The notes under the pieces: model-generated
The model's database searches: none
Seen by the model: only the letters and a program-made list of their open reading frames with translations
What the model was told of the DNA's origin: nothing
Position numbers and translations under genes: made by a program
Part shown: piece after piece, positions 12,300-25,399 of the stretch
How the letters are laid out: every line of letters begins with the position of its first letter
Numbering within the stretch: position 1 is the first letter of the stretch
Assembly (NCBI RefSeq): GCF_001194135.2
Contig: NC_068995.1
Location: 45,612,335-45,670,039, forward strand
Source: Octopus bimaculoides
Taxonomy: Eukaryota
Length of the DNA: 57,705 nt
Direction: 5' to 3'

Positions 12300-13877
12300 T
12301 TAAGGTGTTTGGAAAGTAATTGGTTTTTCACAACTATGAAATATGAATCAACCACTCACATCAGAGCCACGGTTGAATGGCAGAAAACTGTCTAGAAATA
12401 GTACATCATCTCTTCTCCCCCAGCAGTGTGTCGTTCATAGTTATTTTAGTAATTAACCTCATGGGATAAGAACTTTATGAAACAACATATTTGCCATTGC
12501 TTACCGTATGAGCTTCAAAAGAAAAGTACTGCTACAGAAGCAATGGAAAGCATTTGTGAAGTGTATCCGGATGCAATGAAAGCTCATGCATGTCAGTTGT
12601 GCTTTAAAGATGGTGATTGTGATATATCCGACAAGCCTCGCTCTGGAAGACAACCCACTCTGAATGACAACCTTTTGAATGAAACTATTGTATCAAGATC
12701 CATGTCAAAGCACCAGAGATTTAATGCAAAAATTTAATGTGTCATGTTCAACTATCCATTAATACCTCATACAAATTGGAAAAGACATGCAAAGAGAGAA
12801 TTTGGATTCCACATAAGCTTACGCTTGAGAAGCGATCACAATGTTCCACCAGCTTTAGCAGTCTTCTAACCAAGAATGGCAACCTGTCATTTCTGCAGTG
12901 CATTCTTACAGGTGATGGAAAATGGGTTTTGCACAACAATAGAAAACAAAAAGACAATCATTATTACGTTAAATTCAAATTACGATGAACGTAAACAAGC
13001 AAACGAAGTTTGCTTTTAGAAGCATTGAGATGTCTTAGAAAGTTACAGAAGTGATTTTAAATTCTCAAACGCAGGATAATGCTAATAAAAATATAGCCTG
13101 GACAGGATAGGCTATCCCTATTTTGCAGAAAAAAGTGTAGGTGGTCAGCTATGAGACTCGAATTCACACCTCCGTGATTACATGTCGCGGTGCTCTAGAC
13201 CGATTAGGCTAAACTACTCACCACAAATTCTTCTGCAAATTTAAGATGTATAGAAATCTCGCTTTATGAGACGCTATGAGAGGTCAGTGTCAATAACAAA
13301 ACCAGAACTCTATCCACAAAACTCTTTCTGTGTTTGGTGGAACATGAAAGATATCGTCCATTATGAACTGTTGGAACATGAAAGGACCATCAGTGCAGAT
13401 GTTTATTGCCAAGATGTCTATTGATTGTATGAATGAGAAATTATGCCGAAAGTGGCCAGCTTTTGGTAAAAAGAAAAGCTATTATTCTCCAACATGACAT
13501 GGCCATACACTTCAAAACAAACCCCCCCCCCCAAAAAAAATAAGATCATTAGGATGGGAAGTTCTTCCACATCCTTCATACTCACCCGACTTAGCACCTG
13601 CAGACTTCCATCTGTTCCAATCACTAGAACATTTTATAAGAGGCAAAACCTTCAGAAAGAGAGAGGAAGTTAAAAACAGTCTTTCAGACATTTTTTTTCA
13701 GGAAAAGAAATAGGTTTTTTTGAAAGTGGCATAAAAAAAAGTTACTTTCTCGTTAGATTGTAGTAATTAGAAACATTAGTGATTACATACTTGATTAAAA
13801 CTATTCAAATAAGCGTAGTTTACAATTGTTTTTTTTATCCTTTCTGGTAAAGCACAATTACTTTCCGAACACCCTAA
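12300..13877 (+). mobile_element. Decayed full-length mariner (DD34D) transposon with internal insertion
   Basis: Imperfect TIRs TTAAGGTGTTTGGAAAGTAATTG / CAATTACTTTCCGAACACCCTAA-TA; disrupted transposase with HTH (KQHICHCL..DKPRSGR), WIPHKL, TGDGKW, CVWWNMKDIVHYELL, LQHDMA and GWEVLPHPSYSPDLAPADFHLF. Confidence 0.95.
13142..13217 (-). pseudogene. Degenerate tRNA-like sequence (UGU at the apparent anticodon position) inside the mariner
   Basis: Cloverleaf-like fold: acceptor GT(C)AGTT/AGCTGAC, A-box TAGCCTAATCGG, anticodon stem CCGCG/CACGG, T-loop ATTCGAG; T6 run 8 nt downstream (13129-13134). Confidence 0.65.
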
Positions 13878-13918
13878 TATATTCATGTGGGTTATTGTAC
13901 TTCTATTGTTTAGTGTGG

Positions 13919-14245
13919 TGAAGGCATGTGGCTTTGTGGTTAGTGGTTAGGCTCATGGTCATGAGGTAATGAGTTCAATATCTGGTGGCATGTTGTGTCC
14001 TTGAGCAAGACACTTTATTTCATGCTGCTCCAGTCAACTCAGCTGGTAAAACTGAGCTGTACCTGTAATTCAGAGGTCCAAACTTGTCACATTCTGTGTC
14101 ACACAATTTCTCTTCGAGAACTATGTTAAGAGTATGCATATCTGTGGTGTGCTCAGCCACTTGCAAGTTAATTCCATGAGCAAGTTGTTCCATTGATCAG
14201 ATCAGCTGGAACCCTTGTTTTCATAACCAATGGAGTACCAGTTCA
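13919..14245 (+). mobile_element. SINE family E (D-like head, distinct 3' body)
   Basis: GTGTCCTTGAGCAAGACACTTTATTTCA shared with family D; body GTGCTCAGCCACTTGCAAGTTAATT; inverted homolog at 25628-25935. Confidence 0.8.
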
Positions 14246-15149
14246 CTGTAGAGTGTAGGGGCTAGGTATTTGTGGGTTACAGGGTAAGAGGAAGATATGA
14301 GGGTGTGTCAGGGAAAGGATTCTGTAATGTAGGTTAGGGTCTGTAAGGTAGGGCAGTACAATGTTGTGTGATGATGAAGGGCTGAAAGATTTAGTGTAGG
14401 TGCTGATTGGTGGTGGTGAGGGGTGGGGGTATATGGTAATGTGTGCTTATGGGTGGGGTTTCATGATGTGGCAGTGGTGGTGAGTAAGATGGGGGTTGTT
14501 AAATTGATCAAGAAACTAAGGAAGCAGTGTGTTGGTGGTGGTGGTGGGGGGCTATGTTTGTGTGTGTGTGTGGAAGGGGTAACTCTGTCTTGTTAGCCCA
14601 GCATGCATGCCATCAGACAGAAACATTGTAATGGCTAAAAATATCATTGATTGGTTGGTAGTTAGTTTCCTGCAGCCAGTTTGTGAACACATGCTATTGT
14701 ATGATTGGTCAGATGAAGCAGCGGTGGTGGGGGTTATACATGATGAGGTTGTCACAAGATAAATGCTGTTTNNNNNNNNNNNNNNNNNNNNNNNNNNNNN
14801 NNNNNNNNNNNNNNNNNNNNNNNNNNNNNNNNNNNNNNNNNNNNNNNNNNNNAGAAGTTGTAAATGGGAACTTTAAATGAAAGTGTACACACTCATCCAC
14901 ACGTGTGTGCGCATACATTTTAAGCCCATTCATTCTCATATCCTCATTTTCTTATCCACACATCATACTTTCACACACACACACACACACGTTTAAAAAC
15001 TAGTTTTGTAGAAACTTCTTTCAAAATTACTCCCCCCCCACACACACACACACACATTAACTTTGTGTTGGTTGAACGATATAAAATGTTAGAGAAAGAA
15101 ACCTAGCTTTTTTCTTGCAATAAATACCAATACATACATCTAAAGCAAA

Positions 15150-15570
15150 ATTTTTTCAGGATCCCCAATTTACTATTTTATCATGTGGACCCCAAAAATC
15201 TTATATGAACCTTCAGGGGTCATATGAATCCTGGTTGAGAATCACTGCTTTAGACTCACCACTCCCACCCCTTTTTCTTCAGAAGGGAGCATCCCAAACC
15301 AATAGAGACCATCTACATCAGTGGGTCTCAATCAGGGTCTGTATGACCCTTGTGGGTCCGTTAAATTTTGTTAAAAATTTATGTGCAATAAACTGATTAT
15401 ACTTCTACAATATGCAAAATATTTTAATGACCTTTTTTTATGCAATTCTTAATGATATTATTAAAAATGAAATAGGATTTTTTTTTAAATATTGAAAGGT
15501 TATGGGGGCAGAGGGCACCCAAGTAAAATAAGAAGCAAAGAGATCCCTAGGTGAGGACTGCTGATCAGTG
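15150..15570. mobile_element. Two adjacent hAT MITE remnants
   Basis: Right end GGTTGAGAATCACTG (~15248) and left end CAGTGGGTCTCAA (~15319), both Charlie-like termini. Confidence 0.55.
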
Positions 15571-16066
15571 TGAACTTTTGACCTGCTAGAAATTGCAACA
15601 AGGACACACACCTCCGATCACACTCCTCTTCTGCTTAAGAAAGAGGAAAGACTACTTGGCCAATTTGGTTCTAATATATATACATAAAAGATGAGATGCT
15701 TACAGTTGGAATGTTTTTAGTCATAAGTCTGCTCAATCAAGACTGACCTGGGANNNNNNNNNNCACTTGCCATACATATACCATCACCAACACCACCCCC
15801 ATCATCATCTTTACAGCTATCCCCCTTCTTCCGACCCACCCCACCCCCCAGCACACTCTGTCTCTTATCTGGCTGTTCTGCCATTCTTTCCACCCCCCTC
15901 TTCACACAGCGTTCCCCCTTCCCCGTTCTTCTTTTAATCATTCCTTGTTACCCTGTGTGTCTGTGTGTGTGCATGCATGTGTGTGTTCATGTTTAGATAG
16001 ACTCTGCATATATATATCTACAGGTATTATTTCTTTACACACATGCACACACACACACACACACAC

Positions 16067-16098
<32 letters not shown>

Positions 16099-16371
16099 TG
16101 CATGTACATGCATGCACACACACAAACACACATACATACATGTATATTGTGTGAGAATGTGTGTGTGTGTATACATGTAAGAAGAACGTGTGTATAAGAA
16201 GAATATGTATGTGTGTATGTATGTATGTATATTCATAAATACATACACGTGTAATTGTGATTGCAATGCATGTGTAGAAAGATTGGCTATATATGTATGT
16301 ATGTGTTTAATATACACATACACGCTATATGTATATATGTATGTATCTGTCTTTCAATGCGCTTCATTTAT

Positions 16372-16390
16372 TATCTCTCTCTCTCTCTCT

Positions 16391-16478
<88 letters not shown>
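16372..16478. repeat. (CT)n microsatellite, representative of dozens of CA/CT/TA/GAT/GGT/TAC tracts
   Basis: Direct sequence; such tracts generate most low-complexity ORFs in the track and often abut N gaps. Confidence 0.95.
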
Positions 16479-16483
<5 letters not shown>

Positions 16484-17322
16484 ACATACTCTTATCTCTA
16501 TCTTTCTTTCTCAATCTACACTGTTTCCACACCCCCACCGCCTTCATGATTTATTAAAGCCACCCTCCGACCACCATTGTTTCTCCCCTCTGGCTCCACC
16601 TCTTTCTCCTCATTATTTCTACCGTTCAGTTCGTTAGGATAATGTATTTTTATTTTTATCTGATGACAGTGTATACAGCATGGTGCCTTGGCACTCTGCC
16701 ACGCGCACGCACGCATCTGTGTGTGTGTGTGTTGGAGGGGTACTTGACCATGTGGTGTGTTTTATGTGGCCTCGTGTATGCGCTTTAAAAGTAAGTTAGT
16801 GCATGTGTATGTGTGTTTGTATGCATGTATAGCTATGCATTTGTGGCTGTGCATGTGAGTGCACGTATGGCTATACATCTCTATATGCGTTTATATATAT
16901 GGTTGTTTGTGTGTATGCGTATGCGTGTGTGTGTTTCAATCTATATTGTTTGTATAATGGTTGGAACAGTTGTTAACGGTGAAGCCCCCCCTGCCAACCA
17001 CCTTGCCACCACTTCTACTCTCCTGCCACATCAGTGTTTGCTGTAGAAGGCCCACCATGTGTCTTTGGTTATGAACTGTGAGCATCTGATAGTGGCGTTT
17101 TTTGTTTAGGGGCAGCTTGTGGTGGTTATAGTGGTGAATCTTAATTGTAAGATGGAAGATGTATGGACGGAACATGAGGTGGTAGTGGTGGTCTCCCCTT
17201 CATCATCTCCCTCCTCTTCCACCTCATCCTCCTTCCGTCTTCTCATTCTCCTCATTCTCCCCCTCTTTCTCATCCTCATTCTCCCTCTTATCCTCCTCAC
17301 CCCTTCAATCTTCTCATTCTCC

Positions 17323-17666
17323 TCTGCCTTTTATCCTTTCAGGGTTGATAAATTAAGTACCAGTTATGCACTGGAGTTGATGTAATCGATTTAATCCCTT
17401 TCTCCTTATTTGTCCCCTCTATGTTTAGCCCCTTGTGGGCAATAAAGAAATAAGAATCGTTAGCATGCCGGGCAAAATGCTTAGCGATATTTCGCCTGTT
17501 GCTACATTTCTGAGTTCAAATTCCTCCGAGATCAACTTTGCCTTTCATCCTTTCGGGGTTGATAAATTAAGTACCAGTGAAACACTGGGGTCAATGTAAT
17601 CAACTAGTCCTCCCCTTACAAAAAGAAATTTCAGGCCCTTGTGCCTATAGTAGAACGGATTATTAT

Positions 17667-17705
<39 letters not shown>
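17323..17705 (+). mobile_element. Two tandem family B SINEs with different tails
   Basis: First ends GCCCCTTGTGGGCAATAAAGAAATAA; second ends AGGCCCTTGTGCCTATAGTAGAACGGATTATTATT-(ACT)n. Confidence 0.85.
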
Positions 17706-17707
<2 letters not shown>

Positions 17708-19102
17708 GAAGCATGAAAAAGTGAACTTTCAAAATGATGATGGTGCTGATGATGATGATGATGATGAAACCAAACTGCTTTGTCTTCACCATCAAAATAA
17801 TTTGTTTGATATATTTTTGTTTGTTTTTGTGTATTTTTTTATGAAAAGATCCTTTTCAAAGAGAAGAAAGGGTAGCTTTTATATTGACGATTGAGTGATG
17901 TATGAAGTAGATGGCCACACATGTTAAAGCCCAGCGGCTGAGTGAAATGGATCAAAGTTAGAGTGGCTGTGGCTGTAATAAGCAAGCAGCGAGAAAGTTC
18001 TTCTTGCCAATCGGTCAGAGGAGAAATCAACTGGAAACTTCCTCTATCTCCATTACTAAAGCACTCAACTTCAACAGAAAATGGAAAAGAAAGAGATACT
18101 CTGACCATCTACCTGGTTAGTAGCATATCTTTTGAACTGCTGCGTTTGACCGCCAGGCTTCAATATGAATGGTAAAAGATGTCTGAATCTCCTTCTCCAT
18201 ATGCTACTGAGCTCTACTTCTCTTTGAAAAGGGGCTTTTGATTGAAAACTCAGTAAGAAAATAAATTGTTTTTATTACACATTATTTTGGTTTCCAAATT
18301 TGTTTAGATTTTTGTATATTTTATCAGTTTCAAATTTTNNNNNNNNNNNNNNNNNNNNNNNNNNNNNNNNNNNNNNNNNNNNNNNNNNNNNNNNNNNNNN
18401 NNNNNNNNNNNNNNNNNNNNNNNNNNNNNNNNNNNNNNNNNNNNNNNNTATTAAGCATTTTGCCCAGCATGCTACCAATTCTACCAACTCACTGCCTTGG
18501 ATTTTCATATATATTATTAACATCGGTCAACATTCATCTTCCATGTTGGCACGGATTGGACAGTTCAGTAGAATCTAACAAACGAGAGGATTGCACGGTG
18601 CTCAAAGTCTGCTGGGCAAAGTTTCTGTGGCTGGATGTCCTTCCAAACACCAGCCACTTTGCAGAATATACCAAGTGCTTTTTTTTTGCTTTTTTTTTTT
18701 CGTGACTCGAGTGTTAATAAGGTCACCATGTAAGTGGCCAGGCTAAGATCCTCCTCAACAGAGTCGGACTATACTAGAGAGCAAAATGACTGTGCAAAGT
18801 GTTGAGAGGTTAAACTATGAGAGAAAGAGTATAGGAACAGGTTTCTTGCTGTGGAGGAGAAACCTAGCTACTTCACATAATATGTTTCACCATGATGAGT
18901 GGGTCTTCTCAAGCTCTGCTTATCACCAGTCATCTCCATCTTCTGATGCCATCATTCTTTCACATGATATTTCTGAAAGATGGTGGCACAGAGTGAGAAA
19001 CTGAGGAATCATAAAGGGGATTATCAACTGTGTATGTGGACATGTGTGTGTGTATATATCTTTACATGTGTGTGTGTATGTATATATATATATATATATA
19101 TA

Positions 19103-19344
19103 CTAGCAATGTACCCCGGCATTGCCGGGGTGTTTTGACCTACAGCCACATTGTATTATTTGTTCCTGTCTTATGGGCAGAATCAGCACACAAAGAGTGA
19201 GAAGCAAGCAACTCTTCTTTATAAACATGGTTTTGGTCATTTTCTGATGAACAATGATGAACATGCTCTATCTAAGACATAAAAATTGTTCAGGCAGAGT
19301 TACTTCCTTTAGCTAAAGACCTCAAAATTGTGCAACCAGACCTC
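19103..19344 (-). mobile_element. Probable Helitron 3' terminus and adjacent body
   Basis: Minus strand: 8-bp GC-rich hairpin ACCCCGGC-AAT-GCCGGGGT, 6 nt, then CTAG followed by T; the left end of the body is lost in a gap. Confidence 0.6.
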
Positions 19345-21144
19345 NNNNNNNNNNNNNNNNNNNNNNNNNNNNNNNNNNNNNNNNNNNNNNNNNNNNNNNN
19401 NNNNNNNNNNNNNNNNNNNNNNNNNNNNNNNNNNNNNNNNNNNNNNNNNNNNNNNNNNNNNNNNNNNNNNNNNNNNNNNNNNNNNNNNNNNNNNNNNNNN
19501 NNNNNNNNNNNNNNNNNNNNNNNNNNNNNNNNNNNNNNNNNNNNNNNNNNNNNNNNNNNNNNNNNNNNNNNNNNNNNNNNNNNNNNNNNNNNNNNNNNNN
19601 NNNNNNNNNNNNNNNNNNNNNNNNNNNNNNNNNNNNNNNNNNNNNNNNNNNNNNNNNNNNNNNNNNNNNNNNNNNNNNNNNNNNNNNNNNNNNNNNNNNN
19701 NNNNNNNNNNNNNNNNNNNNNNNNNNNNNNNNNNNNNNNNNNNNNNNNNNNNNNNNNNNNNNNNNNNNNNNNNNNNNNNNNNNNNNNNNNNNNNNNNNNN
19801 NNNNNNNNNNNNNNNNNNNNNNNNNNNNNNNNNNNNNNNNNNNNNNNNNNNNNNNNNNNNNNNNNNNNNNNNNNNNNNNNNNNNNNNNNNNNNNNATATA
19901 TACATATATATATATATTTATGTATTTTTATGAAGAAATTGATATCCTGTTAAGTAAGTGCATGTGATAGTTTAAAAATGTCTTCACACATACACACATA
20001 TATATATATGTACAAATATACGTACTTCACATACATATATATATCTACTTATAGAACATAGTTCTCTTTCTCTCTTACCTGTATATTTTATACTTCACTT
20101 ACGTTGACAGGTAAATTTTGCCTTTCTTTCTCGCTCCCTTTATCTCTTTCTGTCATACACTCTCCCTTTTAACCTACCCCACCCAGCTTATCACATTAAT
20201 TTATTTGAGACTTGACAACCTATCAATCAGCCTTACCTATTATGATACAATATCTGTGACACTCACCTAACACTGTCCAAAGGTCTCTTGCTGCTGTTTG
20301 TATGTTACCTTCTTACCTGATACCTGTCTACACACACACACACACACACACAAGTGTGTTTGTATATGCGTTTCATCATTTTAACGTCCACTTTTTCATG
20401 CTTATATGTATTGGAGGGAACTTGTTGAGGCCGAATTCTCCAGCTGTGATACCCTTCATGTTACCAACTCTCACCCATTTCCAAACAAGGTAATATTTCC
20501 CCCGTGGCTGAACATGTTTACATGGAAGATTGGAACCAGAGGGTGCTGCTTGTATGAGATTTCCCTCTCTAAGCAACAAGACAATGCATGATTAATTTAA
20601 AACAATGCGAACGAGCTAGTACTACGTTTGATAGAATAATTTGAATGCTTGAGGGGTTAATATATTGTATTGTTCACGCCAACTTTAAGAATTTGTGACC
20701 TTGCATCTCTGTAAGGACTCACTGGAATTCTAGGAGTGATAGATGGTGAAACTAGTTGAATGGTGAGCACAATATAGTAATTTGTTATACCTCAATCTGA
20801 TTCAAGTTCAAATCACTTCAGAGCTGACTTGGCCTCTTGTTCCTCCACTGAAAAGGTTCGTCTATAAAAATGAAATTTCAATACATTTTCTTTCCTTGTG
20901 ACTTCTACCATCATCACCACCACCACCACCCTCTATTATGTTGTTGCTTAGCCCCCAGGCCAGTCCTGACCAAAAGCATTACAACCATCATCCTCCTGTC
21001 TTGTACAGAGAACTACATTATCTAATGCAGGAGTGTCCCACATACAGCATGTGATAATGTTTTGTCTGACAGACAGATGGGCAAATGGATGAATGGACAG
21101 ACTGCATTCACACACACACTTAGTATTCACATGACCATACACTT

Positions 21145-21184
<40 letters not shown>

Positions 21185-21616
21185 ATACATTATAAACCAC
21201 ATACATACACATCACTGTTTGTGCTTGATTTTCATAGCTGCCATCATCATCATCAGCATCTCTGTCACCGCCATTATTATCACAATCATTGTCACTATTA
21301 TTCCTTCTACCATCACCGTCATCATCGTCGTCATCGTCTCTGCTCTTGTTATTTGAACTTGTTATTGATTTCTTAATATAATAATAATAAGCCATTGTAA
21401 TAAAATATCATTTCCCTAATCTCAGCGTACATCCAATCAGCTCTGCTGTTGTCATCCTCATTAACCCTTCTACCACCACCACCACCACCATCTTTCTTGT
21501 CTTGCTTTTATATGACCACCACCTCATATCCTTTGCTTCTCTTTGAATTTTCATCCAGTTGCCTGCTTCTCCACTCTTCTTACCATCGTCATCGTCATCA
21601 GTAACCTTATCAAGAC

Positions 21617-22005
21617 TTACTCTTTACTCTTTTACTTGTTTCAGTCGTTTGACTGCGGCCATGCTGGGGCACCGCCTTTAGTCGAGTAAATCGACCCCAG
21701 GACTTATTCTTTGTAAGCCTAGTACTTATTCTATCGGTCTCTTTTGCCGAACCGCTAAGTTACGGGGGCATAAACACACCACCATTAGTTGTCAAGCGAT
21801 GCTGGGGGGACAAACATATACACACACATACATAAATATACATATATACGACAGGCTTCTTTCAGTTTCCGTCTACCAAATCTACTCACAAGTCTTCTAC
21901 TATTGCCCGAGGCTATAGTAGAAGACACTTGCCCAAGGTGCCACGCAGTGGGAATGAACCCGGTACCATGTGGTTGGTAAGCAAGTTACTTACCACACAG
22001 CCACT
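21617..22005 (-). mobile_element. SINE family A, full length
   Basis: Reverse complement of the 39801-40184 copy including the (TAAAGAG)-type tail. Confidence 0.9.
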
Positions 22006-22636
22006 ACTTCTTCACTAATTACGAAATCAATAGGGTGGTTAATGGTGGAATTGGTGGACTGTGGTCAAAAATGCCTTTGTCATATTTAGTTAACTTTCTC
22101 TACAGTCCAAGATCAAATCTTATTGGTGACAGTCTTTGCTTTTCTGCCTGTTAGGTGGGGGGGGAGTTCTCAATAGAATAAGGACCAGTGAAAGGACCTG
22201 GTTTAATCAACCATAATCTGTCCCCTCAAAGCATGTGACCTTCTGTTAATGTGATGGAGGAGGGAGCTTTCAGAGATGGTAGAGAACACAATTCAGGGTA
22301 TTGTGGCACAATGTGGACAGATTTCGGAAAACCGATGAACTTTTATGTAAATGTATCAACTTAAAGGATAAACATATTACAATGGATATTACAATGGATA
22401 ATACCAAGTGGACTCCCACTTTTTCTCTCTCCTGTTTCTCTGTCTTTTACTTTTTTTCTTGGTGACTTCTTCTTTGTGATATAATGCTTGGGAAAGAATA
22501 TATTTGCGGCTGAAGATAGCTTTATACCATCCTGTCTATCTATCATATACCCATATAATGATGCAACGACTATAAAGCTTGAAACACGTGTACCGCAGAA
22601 TCCTTTGTGTTCTGTTTTAATTTTACGTTTTTAATT

Positions 22637-22677
<41 letters not shown>

Positions 22678-23328
22678 CTGCTCAAGTGAAATATCTTAAA
22701 TGTCAAATTATTCAATTTGTTGTCATCACAGCTGAATGAATGGATTACTTCAGTCTTAGGTGACATATTTCAGTGTGTGCATACTCATGTGGTTGGCAGC
22801 CTGGATTGTAGGGTATCTGTTCCAAATGGCAGAATATAAATAAATACAATTTATCAGCTCCTTTATGCAGGGGGGAAAAATTGATTTGAAATAAAGTCAA
22901 AATCCTTTGCAGATGCTGCTGATATTAGTTTCAGATTTTAGTACAATGCCAGCAATTTGATAGGGTAGGGGTTAAGTCAATTACAATGATCCTTATTTTA
23001 TTGACCCATAAGGGATAAAAGGCCAGGTCAGCCTCAATGGAATTTGAGCTCAGAACATGAAGACAGTCGGAATGCCACTAAGTATTTTGCTCGGCATGCT
23101 AATGATTCTGCCAGCTCACTGTCTTATTGATAATGCTAATATTGATACCCTAAAGATGGAGTCTTTTTCGCAAAACAGAGAATGGTTAACGATGGTTTTT
23201 TCTTTTTTTTTTTTTTTTNNNNNNNNNNTTTTTTTTTTTTTTTTTTTTTAAATTTCTGGAAAATTATTTGTGTGTGTTGTATTTATTTCATTTACATTTG
23301 TCTTATTCTAATTTCCTTCTCCAAACAG

Positions 23329-23527
23329 GTTCTACGCCCGAGACTCTGGACTTCTGAAATTCAAGATCTATGCTGGACTCCAAGGCCGCAACCCGCCACC
23401 CACTGCCCGCCGTCTGGTTGCTTTCACCTTTCATCCTTATGAGCCATTTGCCATTAGTATCCAAAGAACAAATGCTGAATATGTGGTCAATTTTCACGTC
23501 CGGCATATAGCCTACGAAGCTGATTAG
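23329..23527 (+). CDS. DET1: DET1 homolog (CRL4-COP1/DET1 adaptor), terminal coding exon
   Basis: Acceptor TTTCCTTCTCCAAACAG; translation (R)[65 protein letters not shown], matching the recalled DET1 C-terminus ([42 protein letters not shown]). Confidence 0.97.
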
Positions 23528-23768
23528 GTTGCGACCCCTATCATGCCCCTCTGTCTCCCTCTATCCTGTCACCGTCTTCCATCTGTTACTCCCTCCTTGT
23601 CCTCCTCTTCTGCTCCTCACCATTTTTCATCCTTCTCTGTTTAATGACAATTTATATCTAGCTCTCTCCATACATGGTTTTATACAAACACATTTTGACA
23701 TTTTACTCAATACACATATACACATTGCATTACATGGACATAACACAACAGATACTTGTTATATTGAA

Positions 23769-23774
23769 AATAAA
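23769..23774 (+). terminator. Candidate DET1 polyadenylation signal
   Basis: AATAAA ~240 nt after the stop codon. Confidence 0.4.
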
Positions 23775-25315
23775 TAGCATACACTCATATTGTGTGTATA
23801 TTAAATGGTATGCACTTTACATGCATATTATGTCATGCACACATATTTATAATATTGTATAACTTAATTTCAAATAATTCATTAAAGGTCAGTATGTATC
23901 TTGCTATGAGCTTTTCAAATGTAGAAAAGCTCATGGTGAGTGGAATATGTGGCCACTTGTAATGAATCATTTTAACTTGATGTGATATATAATATTTTTC
24001 TCAACATCTAACCTTGTTCTAATACTTTAACTGAAACTAACTTTCAGTGCTAAACTACCCTTTCATCTGTGTGTGTGTGTGTGTGTGTGTGTGTGAGTAT
24101 GCCTTCAAATTTTTCCATGTTCTCTCTCTTTCTCCAAACACTTAGGATGTATGTATGTGTGTCACCAAAACCATGTTCCTCTTCCCTCTCCTTCTTTCCT
24201 CCTCCATTGGAAGCAGTAAATTTAATGCTTTTATTATTCCCTGTTATTACCCACCCATCCACACACAGAGTTTTCATGTTCTTTTACAACTGCAGCTAAA
24301 ACTTGAAATATCTTAACTCAGTATTACAGTTTTGTAATTCCAGTGTCCTATTAGCTGACTCCTATTCCAGCTCATTTGGTTTTGTTTTTATTTAGATCAT
24401 ATAAATGATACTGGTTAAAAATTATTTGTAACTATTTTTTTTTTTATGTAAAATCTTTTATCAAAGTACATTTGAGTAGACTATACTAATCTGAAGAGGA
24501 TTAATAAGGCCAATGTACCCATAGTTGTCCCCCTTGACTGAGAAAACGAAGCATTAGACTGTTTGTATCTCATTGGCACATAACTATCTCCCCTGCAGTT
24601 TCTGAGCTAAGAATTGTTGCTAGAATTTCTTTTATCTGCTTTTTTCATTTTTTAACTTTCCCAAAAACTTTTGGTCAGGAATATTTTGTATCTCACCCTT
24701 TAACGTATGTACCCAAATTCATACTTTTCATTTGTTTGAGTTATTTCTCTTAGCTCTTTCTTATATTCTTTTTACTATGGCACATAAACCAACATTAGAC
24801 CACTTGGCGAGAGTGTTAATGTGATGAATGATAAATCTCTCTTTCTCTCCCTCTCTCTCTATCTATCTATTTCCCCTGGGTTGGATGCTAGTCCACTGCC
24901 ATTTTAACTTCTCACTGTGCAGACCATTACCTATGTTGTAGTTGGGTGAAATAACTGAATCAGCAAATGTATTGATATGCAACACACCACCTTCCAACCT
25001 TCTAACGAGCTGAGTAATTAGCCATTATCTCAGCTCATCATATAAAAGCTATTAGTCATACAACCTACCAAAAATATCAGCCAAATCACCCTCAAATCAC
25101 ATATTTTGTTACATTAGATAATGCAATCTTAGCTCACTGTCTGAATAAAAGACTGGATGGTCACAAGTGGAATGTCGTTGATCTCATAGGTCTATCAGAC
25201 ATTGGCTAATCTGAGTTTAATTAATCACTTGCTCTAAGCCAGGTTACCTCTTAATCTAAATGCTTCATCCTCAATGACAGAACACTTGTCTACTTCTTTT
25301 AGACTTAATCCATCA

Positions 25316-25399
25316 TTACAATGCCATCACTTGGTCCTTGGCTTTACAATGCCATCACCTGGTCCTTGGCTTTACAATGCTATCACCTGGTCCTTGGGT
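25316..25399. repeat. 28-bp minisatellite, 3 copies
   Basis: TTACAATGCCATCAC(T/C)TGGTCCTTGGCT x3. Confidence 0.9.

Noticed and set aside
17839-18215. Exon-like minus-strand segments (EVELSSIWRRRFRH..; DFSSDRLARRTF..)
   Set aside because: No recognisable protein, weak splice sites, and no partner exons in phase
22361-22546. Lys-rich 61-aa minus-strand ORF
   Set aside because: No polypyrimidine acceptor or good donor; composition explained by a CT-rich tract
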